64,000 nt of DNA, taken from assembly GCF_006345805.1 (NCBI RefSeq), contig NC_043005.1, positions 6,758,001 through 6,822,000 on the forward strand, in the 5' to 3' direction. Each line of letters begins with the position of its first letter. Position 1 is the first letter of the stretch. The DNA is from Octopus sinensis. Its lineage: Eukaryota. Shown here piece after piece: positions 62,432 through 64,000 of this stretch. Below the pieces are notes generated by a model. That model worked only from the letters and a program-made list of their open reading frames with translations. It did not search any database and was not told the origin of the DNA. The position numbers and the translations under genes were made by a program.

Positions 62432-63752
62432 GACAGAGTAGTACTAATTTCATCTACCCAATGAGTCATCAGTAGAAGTACTTAGCTAAACGTAAGTCAC
62501 TCTGTCTAGCTTTTATCAACCTGGGAGAAGGTCTTTGATAGGGTTGCATGCTCTGTAATCTGGCAGATGCCAAAAAACTAACAAAAAAACTAGAGGTAAA
62601 TGAAAGTCTTTGAATCTTGTACAAACCATTATACAGAGATGCTATCATCAAGGTAAAAGCTCATAAGTTCAGTGAGAAATTTCCATTTATTACAGTTCAA
62701 ACTTGGTTATCCATTGGATCTCCTGTATGTTAATGACCGAGTTCTCATGGCTAAATTTTGAGAGGTTGTTGAGTGTGGAAACAGAGAGTGTGCCTTTCTC
62801 AATTAGACACCCAAAAGGACTTGCTATTGAAGTTGACAACTATGTTGTAAAAAGCATGGTTAATAATATGAAAGCAAAGAAAGGCATGTGGACTATAAAG
62901 GATAGTTACTGAGATGCCTAAAATAGGTTACATGCTAGTCACTCATATAGTCAATAAAGTCGCACAGGTAAGTGTTGTACTCAATGACTCAATCATAGGC
63001 AGCCTGCAACCTGCAGGACTCTCACAATGGTACATCTAAAGATTTAGAAATAAAATTTCAAACTTGGGAGCAAAATCTAGAGTCTAGGAGCTTCAGAGTG
63101 ACCTTAACAAGGACCAATGAAAACAGAACACTGCTACCATCAGGTAAATGGCTATGCTCAATATGCAACCACATAGCATGGGGTATGTGAGGTATGCGGA
63201 CCACCCCTCACATATTCAATGGGGAGCCACTTTTTGTGTGTATTTGCTGTGGTTGAAGATATGTTTACATACCAGGGGCCAGTTTGGCTACTGTACAGGG
63301 CAGCCAAAACTCATGCTACACCAACAAGTTGATATGCAGAGAAAGAGTTTTAATCTATAACATAAATTGGACATGGGCGATCATTGTATTCTTTCTTGTC
63401 TTGAGGTTCACAGCCAAACGGCTGGGTGGATTCGCGTGAAAAATGGCAGACATGTGGAGATGGGTGCATAGATTGGAATGCAGTTTGTATTTTTTCCTAG
63501 CCTCCATACTTACCGAGAAAATCGATTAAAACTTTTTCTAATGGAATTCCCCTCTTTCTTCTGCCATTAAAACAACTAGTTGCTTAGAAGCTGTTTTCTG
63601 ACGGGGTAGGGTCAGGAAATTTTCATATAGTTGGAGGCTCCAATCGAAACAAGGGACCCGAAATGATAAGGTTGAGAAATACTGTTATAGATTATTCCTA
63701 ACCGAAAACGATCACAGCCACATCATCCAAACAGACCGAGTGAAACCGGGCT

Positions 63753-63945
63753 TACTCTCTTTTACTTGTTTCAGTCATTTGACTGTGGCCATGCTGAAGC
63801 ACCGTCTTTTAGTCGAGCAAATCGACCCCGGGACTTATTCTTTGTATTCTATCAGTCTCTTTTGCCAAACCGCTAAGTGACGGGGACGTAAACACACCAG
63901 CATCGGTTGTCAAGCAATGCTAGGGCGACAAACACAGACACACAA

Positions 63946-63978
<33 letters not shown>

Positions 63979-64000
63979 CATATATATGACAGGCTTCTTT
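63753..64000 (-). mobile_element. SINE family B, runs off the window end
   Basis: Family consensus. Confidence 0.93.

Noticed and set aside
62940-63690. Possible LINE remnant and a hAT-like end (aaggttgagaaatactg)
   Set aside because: No motif could be translated convincingly and no partner TIR or TSD was found.

Overview
AT-rich, repeat-dominated animal genomic DNA. The SINE and microsatellite repertoire points to an octopus/cephalopod (inference). No intact protein-coding gene is supportable: nearly all ORFs in the track are translations of (TA)n/(CA)n/(CATA)n microsatellites or of SINE copies. The window holds about 50 SINE or SINE-like copies from four families, decayed LINE ends (Tx1/L1, CR1, RTE, R4/Dong), two mariner remnants (one split by a solo LTR), a hAT MITE with a nested MITE, three non-autonomous Helitrons and a 100-N gap. 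The main unexplained signal is about 16 hammerhead-ribozyme (HHR) motifs, read by eye, in many unrelated short non-coding elements. Most form fold-back or partial-tandem structures typical of Penelope-like elements (PLEs), and a decayed PLE GIY-YIG ORF lies among them. The best single candidate for something new is 33744-34290: one insertion with a 12-bp TSD that joins a tRNA-derived Pol III head, an (AAT)n linker and an HHR-bearing PLE-type tail, plus an inverted copy of that tail. It looks like a SINE mobilised by Penelope machinery. All alignments and folds were done by hand; the boundaries of decayed elements are approximate.
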